Shown here piece after piece: positions 51,429 to 62,832 of a stretch of DNA of 64,000 nt. This stretch comes from Anolis carolinensis (taxonomy: Eukaryota), in assembly GCF_035594765.1 (NCBI RefSeq), contig NW_026943820.1, positions 24,560,647-24,624,646 on the forward strand. Reading direction: 5' to 3'. The first letter of the stretch is position 1, and each line of letters starts with the position of its first letter. The position numbers were made by a program, and so were the translations under genes. A model generated the notes under the pieces. It worked only from the letters and a program-made list of their open reading frames with translations. It ran no database searches and was not told the origin of the DNA.

Positions 51429-53102
51429 GACTCTTTACAATGGGATTTTAGGCTTACAAGTAAAACAATATATACAACAAACATAAACAAATCGGGGTCC
51501 ATTTTAGAGAACATGTAGAATAAACCTTTCCTCTGTGCTCAAACACAATGCCGAATCCAAGTATCTATGCAAATGACCAGAAGCAATGAGAACAATCTTT
51601 CCAAATATTGTTCTTGTAGGAAATCTTCCTGATATTTTTTTAGTTGTCTAGTTCATACCCTATGTAAACTGCCATGCTGCTTGTACAGTATAAGCAAGAA
51701 ACACATGTCAACTAACTTGCATTAAGCTTATATTTGTGGGTTCTGCAAATCCATAGCTGACAGGTGCCACTTGTCTGCTAGCTTTAAAAAATCCTCTCAA
51801 AGCTTCAAAACATACAACCTTGACATATAAGCTACTAGAACTTCAATACATTTATGAACAAGCTCAGTTTTTGAGAGTGAAAATAATTTAGCAAAAGTGC
51901 TATGAGAATGAAATTGATCCAATAGAGATAGAGTCCCTGCATTATTGTTTTAATGTGACATGGGACTCTTGCAACTGGATATCCAGAAGTGTCATTACCT
52001 TCCTGCTACTCCAAATGCATCAAGGAAGGTGTTGGACAATTATGGCAGGTGTTGACAGGACAATCTCTTGGGCTGAAATACTGAGGAACGTGCTGTCACT
52101 GTGTATACAGAGAAGTGTTTTATTGAAGCTGTTTGGACTATGAAAGAATGCAAGTTACCTAGTCTGAAATGGAAGGAAAAGGCCTAGCTAATGTAAACAG
52201 ATTGAAATGTATAGGCATTAGTCTGCATAAAGAAGAATACAAACAAAGCTTAGTTCTTATGTATATTTGTAAACATTAAAAGAAATACAAGTCTTAAAAA
52301 ATAAACTCGTCACAGTATCTGATAAGGTCTAAGCTCTACACAAAAAAAATTAAAGGCCTCTGGAGAATAATAATCATGTTAACTCACATCACTGTGGCAC
52401 AGACCATACCGATTGTATTCAGTGATTCACCCAGTGAACTATGAAGCTGGATATTGGCACAAGCAACCACAGTATGGCCCATGACACCCCTCGCTTGTCT
52501 TCTTTGGCATGCAGAAAAGACAGAAGCAGTGGTGTCTTTGGCATGATGATTCCCAAATCTTGGAAGTTTAAGTTAGGCTTAAGTTATTTATCAAACAAAC
52601 TTAAGTAATGGCTATTTTCAGTATTAACTCAACTATGCCTTGAAGAGACAGATTACATTGCTGAAGCTAAACATGTAGTAAACTTTCGAAAGATGTGTAC
52701 CAATGCCAAACTCATAGTCTAGCAAATTGCATTTACATGTTGTGGGGACTGGAAATAATGAATCCCACATACACTTTCCTAAACAAGAACTGTGTGGGAA
52801 AGCTGTTAATGGTATAAACATTTTACCAAATGGAGGGCCTCACTATGGTACTATAAGGTAAAGTTCAGAATCCATGGGCTCAGCAAAATATATTTAAGAA
52901 CCTACTAAAACCATTATTCTATTTCTAATAGGCAGTTAATTTTGTTCAAAATGAGTAATACTTAACTCTGTTTTCATAAAGCACCTATGCAAATGAATAA
53001 ATACCCAGTCTACTTTAGAATGACCCCTAAATATTTGTCTCATGTGTATTCCTCAAAATAAAAACATATCAGTAACAACATCAAACTACAGCTTAAGTCA
53101 GG

Positions 53103-54245
53103 TCAGGTCAGCCTTGAAGGCAATGCGGTAATTGCAAGGCAGCTGACCGTTAAGGAGGGGAATAGTCCAGAAAGCACTGGGATCTCCTGGGGTTTTGACC
53201 CATTTCCTTGATTTGTTCCACTGTGACTCCTGCTTCCGGTGCAAGGGTCTCGAATCTCACTGGCTTTGCTGACTTGCAATCCTTTCGTATGCAGAAAATG
53301 CATGCTGTTTGGATGTTTGTTTCTTCTCATTGCAATTGAGTTAGACACAGCTGCAACTTTTCTATCGGGTAAAAAAGCACAGGGCCAGTAGGACTGATCC
53401 AAATTTCTTGAGAAGAATGAAGTCTTTGAAAGCCTTGGGAAAAGAGAGGCTACCTCTTGCATTTTAATTTGTTCCTTCACTGCATCCAATATTGAACCTA
53501 TTCTTTTTTCAAACTTCTGCTCTTTGGTTTTAAAAAACTGAGCCGAGGAAATTGTCTCTGAAACAGCATGGAATGTTGTTTCACTTGCCTGGGATAAAGC
53601 TGTCTTACTTTTCTTTGGCGAAGGATCCAGGCTGTTGTTTTTGAGAGCTGCATCCTTCAGAGGTGGCAGTACTAGTGATGGCTTCATGGCAGGAGCTTCA
53701 GAACCTACTTGGTTACATGCAAGGGGGTCACTGTTCTTTATGTCCTTATACTTCTGGGCTTCTATACTTTTGAACTTTCCCGGGGACAGTATATTAAACT
53801 CTTTTATTGGCACTGCTTTCTTTTCTACTTGCAGTACTGAGCTTTCTTTCATTAGAAAAAACTTTCTTTCATTTAGAGATGGTGGAACATCCTTTAAGAT
53901 CATTCTTGCCTTTTCTTCTTGGGGTGTCTGGATGGAATGTATTTTTCCATAATAGCTTTCTTTCTTGATGTCATCTACTGCAGAAGGTGGTGTTATGGAT
54001 GTACTTGCAGAAAGCAGAGTTTGTTGCTTTTGTGGAATATTGTCTGTGGCAGCACACTTGCTTGATCTGAAATCAGATTTCAGTTGATCTGTAATCTTGG
54101 AATCTTGATCCAAACCTTTGTCAATAACTTGCATCAGATCTGAGCAATATAGGCACCCACTGACAGACTCGCTTGTTCTTGCCTTTCTAGCTCTCTTTTG
54201 TAACTGCAGTTGAGCAAATGGGGCTGTTTTGATCCAGCCTTGGAC
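53103..54245 (-). CDS. C16orf46: C16orf46 orthologue, terminal coding exon
   Basis: ctcag|VQGWIKTAPFA...EKKAVPIKEF...LVLPPLK...KKSK...LFPSLTVS-TGA; these motifs are shared with human C16orf46. Protein is 450 aa. Minus-strand AATAAA at 52119-52124. Confidence 0.88.
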   Translation of the reverse strand, partial: VQGWIKTAPFAQLQLQKRARKARTSESVSGCLYCSDLMQVIDKGLDQDSKITDQLKSDFRSSKCAATDNIPQKQQTLLSASTSITPPSAVDDIKKESYYGKIHSIQTPQEEKARMILKDVPPSLNERKFFLMKESSVLQVEKKAVPIKEFNILSPGKFKSIEAQKYKDIKNSDPLACNQVGSEAPAMKPSLVLPPLKDAALKNNSLDPSPKKSKTALSQASETTFHAVSETISSAQFFKTKEQKFEKRIGSILDAVKEQIKMQEVASLFPRLSKTSFFSRNLDQSYWPCAFLPDRKVAAVSNSIAMRRNKHPNSMHFLHTKGLQVSKASEIRDPCTGSRSHSGTNQGNGSKPQEIPVLSGLFPSLTVSCLAITALPSRLT

Positions 54246-54803
54246 CTGAGACAACAACAAGTATCAATACAAGTTAGGTAAAGCATGTGTGTGTGGGAAA
54301 CAAAAACAATCAAATATAACTAGCCATTGGTTTGCTACTTTAAATAGCAACACAACTATTTTAATAGTAATCGCTTTCCTATTGTAACTACAAGTCAAGC
54401 AACAGGAAAAGTTTTCTGCCTTCCAAAAAAAAGGGGACAGCCAGTGCAAAGTTACTAGGCAACTATGAAGGCATTATCAAGGAATTCAGACTAAATTATC
54501 CAGTGAGGTCGATCAGAGCTAGCTCCCAAACACTTGCTATAATCACTTTTTTAAAGAACCAAGCTACGCATACAACCTCATGCCTAAATTTCAATCACAA
54601 TTACATATGGTGACCAAACTGTTAATGATCTTAATTTTTTAATTTTAGGAGGTAAGAAATAAGTGTGCAATTATAACAAATCATGGTTTATCAAGCTGAA
54701 ATCATTCAAAACAAACTACCCTGTAGTATCCATTTTAAACTAAGTACTTTTTTTAAAAAAATTGCTTAAATATGAAATTTCACAACATAATATTCTCACT
54801 CAC

Positions 54804-55013
54804 AGCATCCTCCCATCCTGTTCCATTAACATAGTCGAAGGATTTTTCTTCTTGTTCATTTACACTATTACTGATGTTCAAAAGAATGTAAATTTGATTT
54901 CTCTCTCGCCTCTCACTCGGATAGGTGCAGCACAATTCTATTTCTGCATTTCTTGTATTTGCAGCAGATCTTTCGGAATCAATTTTATTTTGTTTCTGTT
55001 CAGAGGAGGTCAT
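54804..55013 (-). CDS. C16orf46: C16orf46 orthologue, coding exon 1 (exon spans 54804-55049)
   Basis: MTSSEQ...NQIYILLNIS...VNGTGWEDA|gtgagt resembles human NHVYCLLDVS...IIGTGWEEA; 210 bp; syntenic with ATMIN. Confidence 0.88.
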
Positions 55014-55494
55014 TACCGTTGCTGTCTCTGCAAGTTGTATGCCTTATTCCTACAGAAGATGGTTTATGAAATGACAGTCAGGCAATGGATTTTATATTAT
55101 CTTTAAAAAAGACTATACGGTAATAATAATAATCATAGGTATGGTTATATCTTTCGTTGCCCAAGTTTCCCAAGATGGTAATGTGAAAAGTTTAGGTTAC
55201 TCCAAGTAACTTGGCCCAGGAAGTTTTATTATCAATACCATCCTTTTAGTCCCAAAATGGGTCTAAATGCTCAGTATTATTCTACTGTCAACAGCCTATC
55301 ATCCCAGAGTTTTCATTGCATCTAGGAACATTTCATCTGCATCAAGTAGTGGTGCTAGGGTATCCCCTAACAGCAATGCACTACATCACAATAGTGGCAT
55401 TCACAATAATCTAGGTGATAAAAGGATAAATTATAACTTGAGGATTGCCTGTATAGAGGTGTCTTTTCCATCTGACTCAACAACCAGTGTAGAT

Positions 55495-55628
55495 CAGGCA
55501 AGGGCAAACTTTGGCCTTGCGGGTGTTTTGGATTTCAACTCCCACAATTCCTCACAGCCTACCGGCTGTTAGGAATTATGGGAGTTGAAATCCAAAACAC
55601 CCACAAGGCCAAAGTTTGCCCTTGCCTG
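55495..55628. mobile_element. short palindromic hAT MITE
   Basis: CAGGCAAGGGCAAACTTTGGCCTTG...CAAGGCCAAAGTTTGCCCTTGCCTG perfect arms. Confidence 0.8.
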
Positions 55629-56106
55629 CCTTGAAAGCACCAGATCCTGATATTATAAAATAAGCAGGATCAGTCCTGGTTTGATGGGAGGTGAAGACCA
55701 AATACTCTCTGAATCCAGAACAAACCCATACTAGCAGACAGGAAAAGTACAACCCAAGCCCTCCCGACAGATGGCCACTCAACTTTGGTTTAGAAACCTC
55801 CAGGGAAGGAAAGGCTCCAGCAGACTCTACACAAACATGTCTGACCTTCTGGAAATGCTTTAGCGTTAGATGGGACCTTCTTTTTCCTGCAGCTCAATTC
55901 TCCACTCAGCCATGGGAAGCAATTGTGTGGGCTGTGCTGAGTCACACTCTCTCAGCCCCAGAACAAACAAACAGAGACTGATGGGTCCACCATAATACAA
56001 AAACAATTTGAAGGCCCACAAGCACCACTTGCATTCAGCACATGCTCTGAAGTGCCCTCAGGTGTAGACATCCAGTGTGGAAACTCAACTCTGCACACGC
56101 TCATAA

Positions 56107-57720
56107 CCCCCCTCTACACTGCCATTAAAATCCAGATTTATCTGATTTGAACTGGATTATATGGCAGTATAGACTCGGGCCTCTTCTACACTGCCATATA
56201 ATCCACATTATCAAAACTGATAATCCACATCATCTGCTTTGAACTGGATCATATGAGTCTACACTGCCAAATAATCCAGTTCAAAGCAGATCATCTGGAT
56301 TTTCTATGGCAGTGTCAAAGGCCTCATATAATCCAGTTCAAAGCAAATAATGAGGATTAGTATCTGCTTTGATAATCTGGATTCTATGGCAGTGCAGATC
56401 CATCTGAAGGTCCCTTCGGCCCCATCTACACAACCATATAAATCCGGATTATCTGCTTTGAACTGGATTATGTGAGTCTATGGGCCCTTCCACACAGCCA
56501 TATAACCCAGAATAGCAAACCAGATAATCCAAAATATCTCCTTTGGGTTGTCTGAGTCCACGCTGCCATATAATCCAATTCATTGTGGATTTTATACAGC
56601 TGTGTGGAAGTGGCCGGCATTGCCATATAATCCAGTTCAGAGCAGATAATCTGGATTTTATATGGCAAGTAGATGAGGCCTTCTATGTGGTTTTATAAAA
56701 TCCGGAGTATATGCTTTGAACTGGATTATACGGGTCTACATTGCCATATAGGCCCCTCCCACCAGTAACATGCTTATGCGTATATGTATATATGGGCGTG
56801 TGTATATGTATGTATGCGCACATGCATGTATACATATATATAATATAATATATTGTATATGCATATAATATTGATAATATTATTTTGTAATACAATATAA
56901 TACTAATAATACAATATAATAATATTAATTATATATTATATATTACATCTAATGTAATATTATTAATAATATTACAATATATAGGTATAGTACAACATGG
57001 TAATTTATTGCCAGTATTGTGCTATGCTAATAATATAATATTGTATGTAAATTTAATTTGTAAGCCGCTCTGAGTCCCCTTCGGGGTGAAAAGGGTGGGA
57101 TATAAATGTATTAAATAAATAATAAATATAATCCATTCAAAGCAGATTATCTGGATTTTATATGGCAGTTCAGATGGGGCCTTCTACACAGCGGTTTAAA
57201 ATCTGGATTAGGTTGCTTTGAAATGGATTATACGAGTCTACATTACCATATAATCCAGAACAAATAAAATCCAGATTTTATATAGCGGTGTAGATGGGAC
57301 GTTGTACACGGGTTTTTTAAATCCGGATTATCTGCTTTGAACTGGATTATACGAGTCTACATTGCCATAAAATCCATTCAAAACAGATTATCTGGATTTT
57401 ATATGGCAGTTTAGATGGGGCCTTCTACACAGCCGTTTAAAATCTGGATTATGTGCTTTGAACTGGATTATACAAGTCTACATTACCATATAATCCAGAA
57501 CAAATAAAATAATCCAGATTTTATATAGTGGTGTAGATGGGACGTTGTACACGGGTTTTTGAAATCCGGATTATCTGCTTTGAACTGGATTATACGAGTC
57601 TACATTGCCATGTAATCCAGTTGAGTGCAGAAAATCTGGACTGTATATGGCAGTGTAGATGGGGCCTTCTACACGGCCTAATAAAATCCGGAGTATCTGT
57701 TTTGAACTGGATTACCTGAG
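56107..57720. repeat. array of palindromic MITE-derived units (PIF/Harbinger-like)
   Basis: Repeated CTACACTGCCATATAATCCAGTTCAAAGCAGATAATCTGGA in both orientations, interrupted by an AT-rich tract and an L2 tail (~56780-57125). Dispersed copies at ~2648, ~21594, ~33891, ~35192, ~44886, ~45219, ~50132 and ~50719, some with TWA-like flanks. Confidence 0.75.
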
Positions 57721-57740
57721 TCTCGGTTGCCACCGCTTAC

Positions 57741-57845
57741 CTTCTTCGTTGTTCAGACTCGCCCCATCCTTCCTTGAACGCCCTCCCAGCCCCTTCCTTC
57801 TTCCCTTCTTTCTTTCCTTCCTTTTTTTCCTTCCTTCCTTCTTCT
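57741..57845 (-). other. C16orf46: probable non-coding first exon of C16orf46
   Basis: Minus-strand donor AAG|GTAAGC at 57740 within a CpG-rich patch. The 5' limit is approximate. Confidence 0.55.
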
Positions 57846-57903
57846 TGACGTCATGGGCCTCTTCGGCCCCCATCCCCTCGGAACCGTTGGTTGCCATGGA
57901 GAC
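57846..57903. promoter_or_regulatory. CRE plus RFX X-box module at the C16orf46 5' end
   Basis: Perfect TGACGTCA at 57846-57853 and GTTGCCATGGAGAC at 57890-57903 (X-box consensus GTTGCCATGGCAAC). Confidence 0.7.
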
Positions 57904-58410
57904 GTTTGTGAGGGAGAAAGAGCGCGCGCCTGGGATGGGAGGGGGGAGGAGAGCGCGCGAGGGGGGAGGAGCAAAAAAAAAAAGGGCGGGAAAAGAAGCT
58001 GAAGGGAAGGAATCCGAAAAAACCGGACGCCATTTTGACTCAGAATTCCGAAACATAAGCCTACCAGTGTGGTCAAATCAGAATGCGTTTCCTTGGGGCT
58101 GCTTAGGAAAACGAAGTTCTGTTACTTTGTTTATTTATTTATTTATATCCTCTCAACCAGACTACAATCTTCATGTCCCGCTTTTTCTCTCACCCAAAAG
58201 AGACTCAAAAACAGCCGAAGAACTCGATGAACCAACCTAAGACCAGGATGTCACATACATACCTACCACAAAGTTTTAAAAAATGGCATTATACTAAATT
58301 TCCTTTGACCACTTGGAGTGCCTCTGGTGTCGCTGGAAGAAGGTCCTCCATTGTGCACGTGGCAGAGCTCAGGCCGCATTGTAGTAGGTGGTCTGTGGTT
58401 TGCTCTTCTC

Positions 58411-59435
58411 ATAGAATCATTGAGTTTGAAGAGACCTCATGGGCCATCCAGTCCAACCCCCTGCAAGAAGCAGGAAATCGCATTCAAAGCACCCCCGACA
58501 GATGGCCATCCAGCCTCTGCTTGAAAGCCTCCAAAGAAGGAGCCTCCACCACACCCTGAGGCAGAGAGTTCCACTACTGAACAGCTCTCACAGTGAGGAA
58601 GTTCTTCCTGATGTTCATGTGGAATCACCTTTCCTGTAGTTTGAAGCCATTGTTCTGCGTCCTAGTCTGCAGGGCAGCAGAAAACAAGCTTGCTCCCTCC
58701 TCCCTATGACTTCCCTTCACGTATTTGTACATGTCTCCTCAGCCTTCTCTTCTGCAGGCTAAACATACCCAGTTCTTTAAGCCACTCCTCATGGGGCTTG
58801 TTCTCCAGACCCTTGATCTTTTTAGTCGCCCTCCTCTGGACACTTTCCCGCTTGTCAACATCTCCCTTCAACTGCGGTGCCCAAAATTGGACAAAGTATT
58901 CCAGGTGTGGTCTGACCAAGGCAGAATCGAGGGGGAGCATGACTTCCCTGGATCTAGACGCTATTCCCCTATTGATGCAGGACAGAATCCCGTTGGCTTT
59001 TTTAGCAGCCGCATCACATTGTAGGCTCATGTTTAACTTGTTGTCCACGAGGACTCCAAGATCTTTTTTACACGTACTGCTTTCAAGCCAAGCATCGTCC
59101 CCCATTCTGTATCTTTGATTTCCATTTTTTCTGCCGAAGTGAAGTATCTTGCATTTGTCCCTGTTGAACGTCATTTTGTTAGTTTCGGCCCATCTCTCTA
59201 GTCTGTCAAGATCATTTTGGATTCTGCTCCTGTCTCTGGAGTGTTGGCTATCCCTCCCAGTTTGGTGTCGTCTGCAAACTTCATGATCGTGCCTTCTAAC
59301 CCTTCGTCTAAGTCGTTAATAAAGATATTGAACAGAACCGGGCCCAGGACGGAACCCTGCGGATGGCACTCCACTCGTGACTTCTTTCCACGATGAAGAC
59401 GACACATTGGTGAGCACTCTTTGGGTTCGTTCGCT
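58411..59435 (-). mobile_element. CR1 LINE 3' part (degenerate RT C-terminus and 3' UTR)
   Basis: [28 protein letters not shown]; [10 protein letters not shown]; [13 protein letters not shown]; ATTCTAT-type end. Confidence 0.92.
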
Positions 59436-59854
59436 TTTAACTTTTTGGATATATAAATAAATATAAAATCTATTTGTTGTTGAAGGCTTTCATGTCAAGG
59501 CTTTCATGGCCGGAATCACTGGGTTGCTGTGAGTTTTCTCAGCTGGATGGCCATGAAGATTAAAAAAAACAAACTTTAAAAACATTTTAAAGTTTTAAAA
59601 GAGTTGCAAAATTGTTTCAGAGCTTATAGAAAGAACATTGGTTATGTTACATGTATCAGTACCTCTGCTGGACATATTGTATGTTTGAGGGAAAACACTG
59701 CAATCCAGATTGACAAGAATTATTGTAGCAACTTGTTCCAATATATGTTTGCTTACAAATAAATTGCATGTTAGTAAACAATACTATTAGGAAAATACAA
59801 TGTAAAGCTCAAGTTTAGTCAATAGTTTTCTGATGAAAGAAGTGTTTGTATATA

Positions 59855-60177
59855 CAGTAGAGTCTCCCTTATCCAACACTCGCTTATCCAACGTTCTGGA
59901 TTATCCAACGCATTTTTGTAGTCAATGTTTTCAATACATTGTGATATTTTGGTGCTAAATTCGTAAATACAGTAATTACTACATAGCATTACTGCGTATT
60001 GAACTACTTTTTCTGTCAAATTTGTTGCCTAAATGGAGGTTTTGGTGGTTAATTTGTAAAATCATAACCTAATTTGATGTTTAATAGGCTTTTCCTTAAT
60101 CCCTCCTTATTATCCAACATATTCGCTTATCCAACATTCTGCCGGCCCGTTTATGTTGAATAAGTGAGACTCTACTG
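59855..60177. mobile_element. same MITE, between two ~220-bp direct repeats
   Basis: Both TIRs, TA flanks. Confidence 0.9.
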
Positions 60178-60742
60178 TACATTGGTTATGTTACATGTAT
60201 CAGTACCTCTGCTGGACATATTGTATGTTTGAGGGAAAACACTTCAATTGCAAATTGACAAGAATTATTGTAGCAACTTGTTCCAATATATGTTTGCTTA
60301 CAAATAAATTGCATGTTAGTAAACAATACTATTAGGAAAATACAATGTAAAGCTCAAGTTTAGTCAATAGTTTTCTGATGAAAGAAGTGTTTGTATATAC
60401 CATATTTAGGTTTGCCACCAAGAGCAGGTTGTCCTGTCTGTAATAATAAACACATAGCACAATGTTTTCAGGACTGACCTCTTACACATTTTTTCAGTTA
60501 ATTTTTTTATTATTATTAGGCTTTGTTTCTGCAAGAATTGTGTGTGTGTGTGTGTGTGAGTATAATAGGAGAGGGTAGCAGATTTTGTTTTCACATCACT
60601 TAAGATTTGGGTTTTCCAAACATCTTAAATATTGGATTGGTGTGAGTTTTCTGGGCTATATGGGCATGTTCCAGAAGCATTGTCTCCTGAGGTTTCACCC
60701 ACATCTATGACATTTTCGACAAGGATGTGCATGATTTCCATC

Positions 60743-61544
60743 CAGAGGAGGTCCAACCATAAGGCAAAATAGGCATTTGCCTGTGGCGCCATCGTCCCGG
60801 GGGCACCATCGTCCTGGGAGGAGGGCACCACTCTCCACCTCCTTCTCTTTCGGGCCTTCCAGCGGGCCTTCCGGCCAGCGCAGACCCACCTTCGCACCAC
60901 GCAAGCCCACCTTTGGGGCCTTCAGAGATTGTGAGGTCTGTAGGAACTTGGAAGCTAGGTATGTGGGGTTTATATATCTGTAGAAGGTCCAGGGTGGGAG
61001 AAAGAACTTTTCTTTGAAGCAGGTGTGAATGTTGTAATTAATCACCTTGATTAGCATTTAATGGCCCTGTGGCTTCAAGGCCTGGCTTCTTCTTGCCTGG
61101 GAGAATCTTTTTTTGGGAGGAGTTAGCTGTCCCTGATTGTTTACTGTCTGGATTTCTTCTGTTTTCAGAGTGTTGTTCTTTATTTATTGTCCTGATTTTA
61201 GGGGTTTTTTTTTTTTTAATACTGAGGGGTATCTGGGTTATCTAAGTCCACACTGCCCTATATCCCTGTTCAATGTTTAGTGCTAAATTTGCAAATATAG
61301 TAATTCCTACATAACATTACCATGTATTGAACTGCTTTTTCTATTGATTTGTTGTAAAACATGATGTTTTGGTGCTTAATTTTTAAAATCATTATGTAAT
61401 TTGATGTTTTATAGGCTTTTCCTTTATACTTCCTTATTATCCAACATTTTCGCTTATCCAACGCTTTTATTTTTCAGTGATTGGTTTGGGGGGGCGCCAA
61501 AATTCTGTTCGCCTACACTTGAAAAATACCTAGGGCCGGCTCTG
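60743..61544. mobile_element. composite hAT-like element
   Basis: CAGAG...CTCTG termini, perfect 8-bp TSD TTTCCATC; carries fragments of other repeats. Confidence 0.75.
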
Positions 61545-61657
61545 TTTCCATCCATTTGATGATTTCAAGTCATGAGGATAAAAGAATCAAAGCCAGGGAC
61601 GCAGAACAAATCTGTCCGCCCGCCTTATTTTTTCTCTTTCTTCGTGTTTGTCTTGTC

Positions 61658-62322
61658 CAGGAGTCCCCAAACTAAGGCCCGGGGGCCACATGCGGCCCAT
61701 CGAAGCCATTTATCCGGCCCCTGTGGCGGTGGCTCCCTCGCCTGGTGCATGCCTTCCAAAGCTTTGCTTGTTTATAATGGTATTTTAATTATTATTTAAT
61801 TAATAATTATTAAGGGGTGCTTTGCTAGTGCTTTTGGTGCACAAAGGCAGAAGGAGGTTGGACTAAATGGCCCAAAGGGTCTCTTCTAACCCTTTTTATT
61901 ATTGTTGTTGTTGACACAAAGACACAGTATAACACAGCAAACGAGATATATATGCAGGATTTCGTATCGCAAAATCATAAGTCGAACACTTCCCAAGTGT
62001 TTAGGACTGTGTGATGTATTATTATTAACAACATTGAGGCTGGGTGGCCATCTGCCAGGGGTGCTTTGCTTGTGCTTTTGGTGCACAAAGGCAGAAGAGG
62101 GTAGGACTAAATGGCCCAAGGGGTCTCTTCCAACTCTCTTTATTATTTTTATTATGATTATTATTAATATTGAGGCTGTATTTATTTTTGTTTTATTTTT
62201 TTACTTCAAAGTAAGATATGTGCATAGAAATTTGTTCATTTTTTTTAAAACGATAGTCCAGCCCTCCAACGGCCTGAGGGACCGTGAACTGGCCCCCTGT
62301 TTAAAAAGTTTGGGGACCCCTG
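61658..62322. mobile_element. same hAT family, opposite orientation
   Basis: TIRs present; perfect 8-bp TSD GTCTTGTC. Confidence 0.9.
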
Positions 62323-62832
62323 GTCTTGTCGATGGATCCCTTTCGTCCTGGGCTGTGTCTGGGAGCGATTCGGATGGTTCGAGCGTGCCAGAGAGGGGAT
62401 TACAGGCGGATTTCCTGCTTGGAAACGCGAGCCGCCATCCCCACTCGGCCGCCTTGATCTTTGCGAGGCAACTATTTCTGGAGCGGAGAAAGAGAGGAAA
62501 GGATGGCGACGGCGGCGTCAGAGCAGCGTCGTTTCGGGGGAATCCCTCCCTCCCTCCTTCCTTCGCTCCTGGCTTGGTCACGTCCTTAGACGCCAGAGGA
62601 AGAGAAAGGCTGCGAGGAAGAAGGTCCCACATCGCGGGGAAGGGGCGGAGGAGGCGGCGCGAGTGGGAGGAGGGAAACGGGAAGGAAGAGGTGCGCAGGT
62701 TTTGCGACACGACTCTGCCGCGTCAGTAGGAGAGAGGAGAGGGGAGGAAAGGACTCCCTGGCGCCCTAGAGATGGGAATGGGAGAGAGACGGTCTGAGCC
62801 TCTTTGAGGCTGGAAGGAAGGAAGACCCCGCG

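Noticed and set aside
49056-53102. A second copy of C16orf46 exon 1 serving the duplicate exon
   Set aside because: No GxGWExA|gt-like segment seen by eye. A highly diverged copy cannot be fully excluded without TBLASTN.
57741-57897. Lys-rich minus-strand ORF (MATNGSEG...KKKEGRKK) as a C16orf46 N-terminal extension
   Set aside because: Spliced to the acceptor at 55049 it is out of frame with the ATG at 55013 and stops soon after. Its ATG is part of the X-box palindrome.
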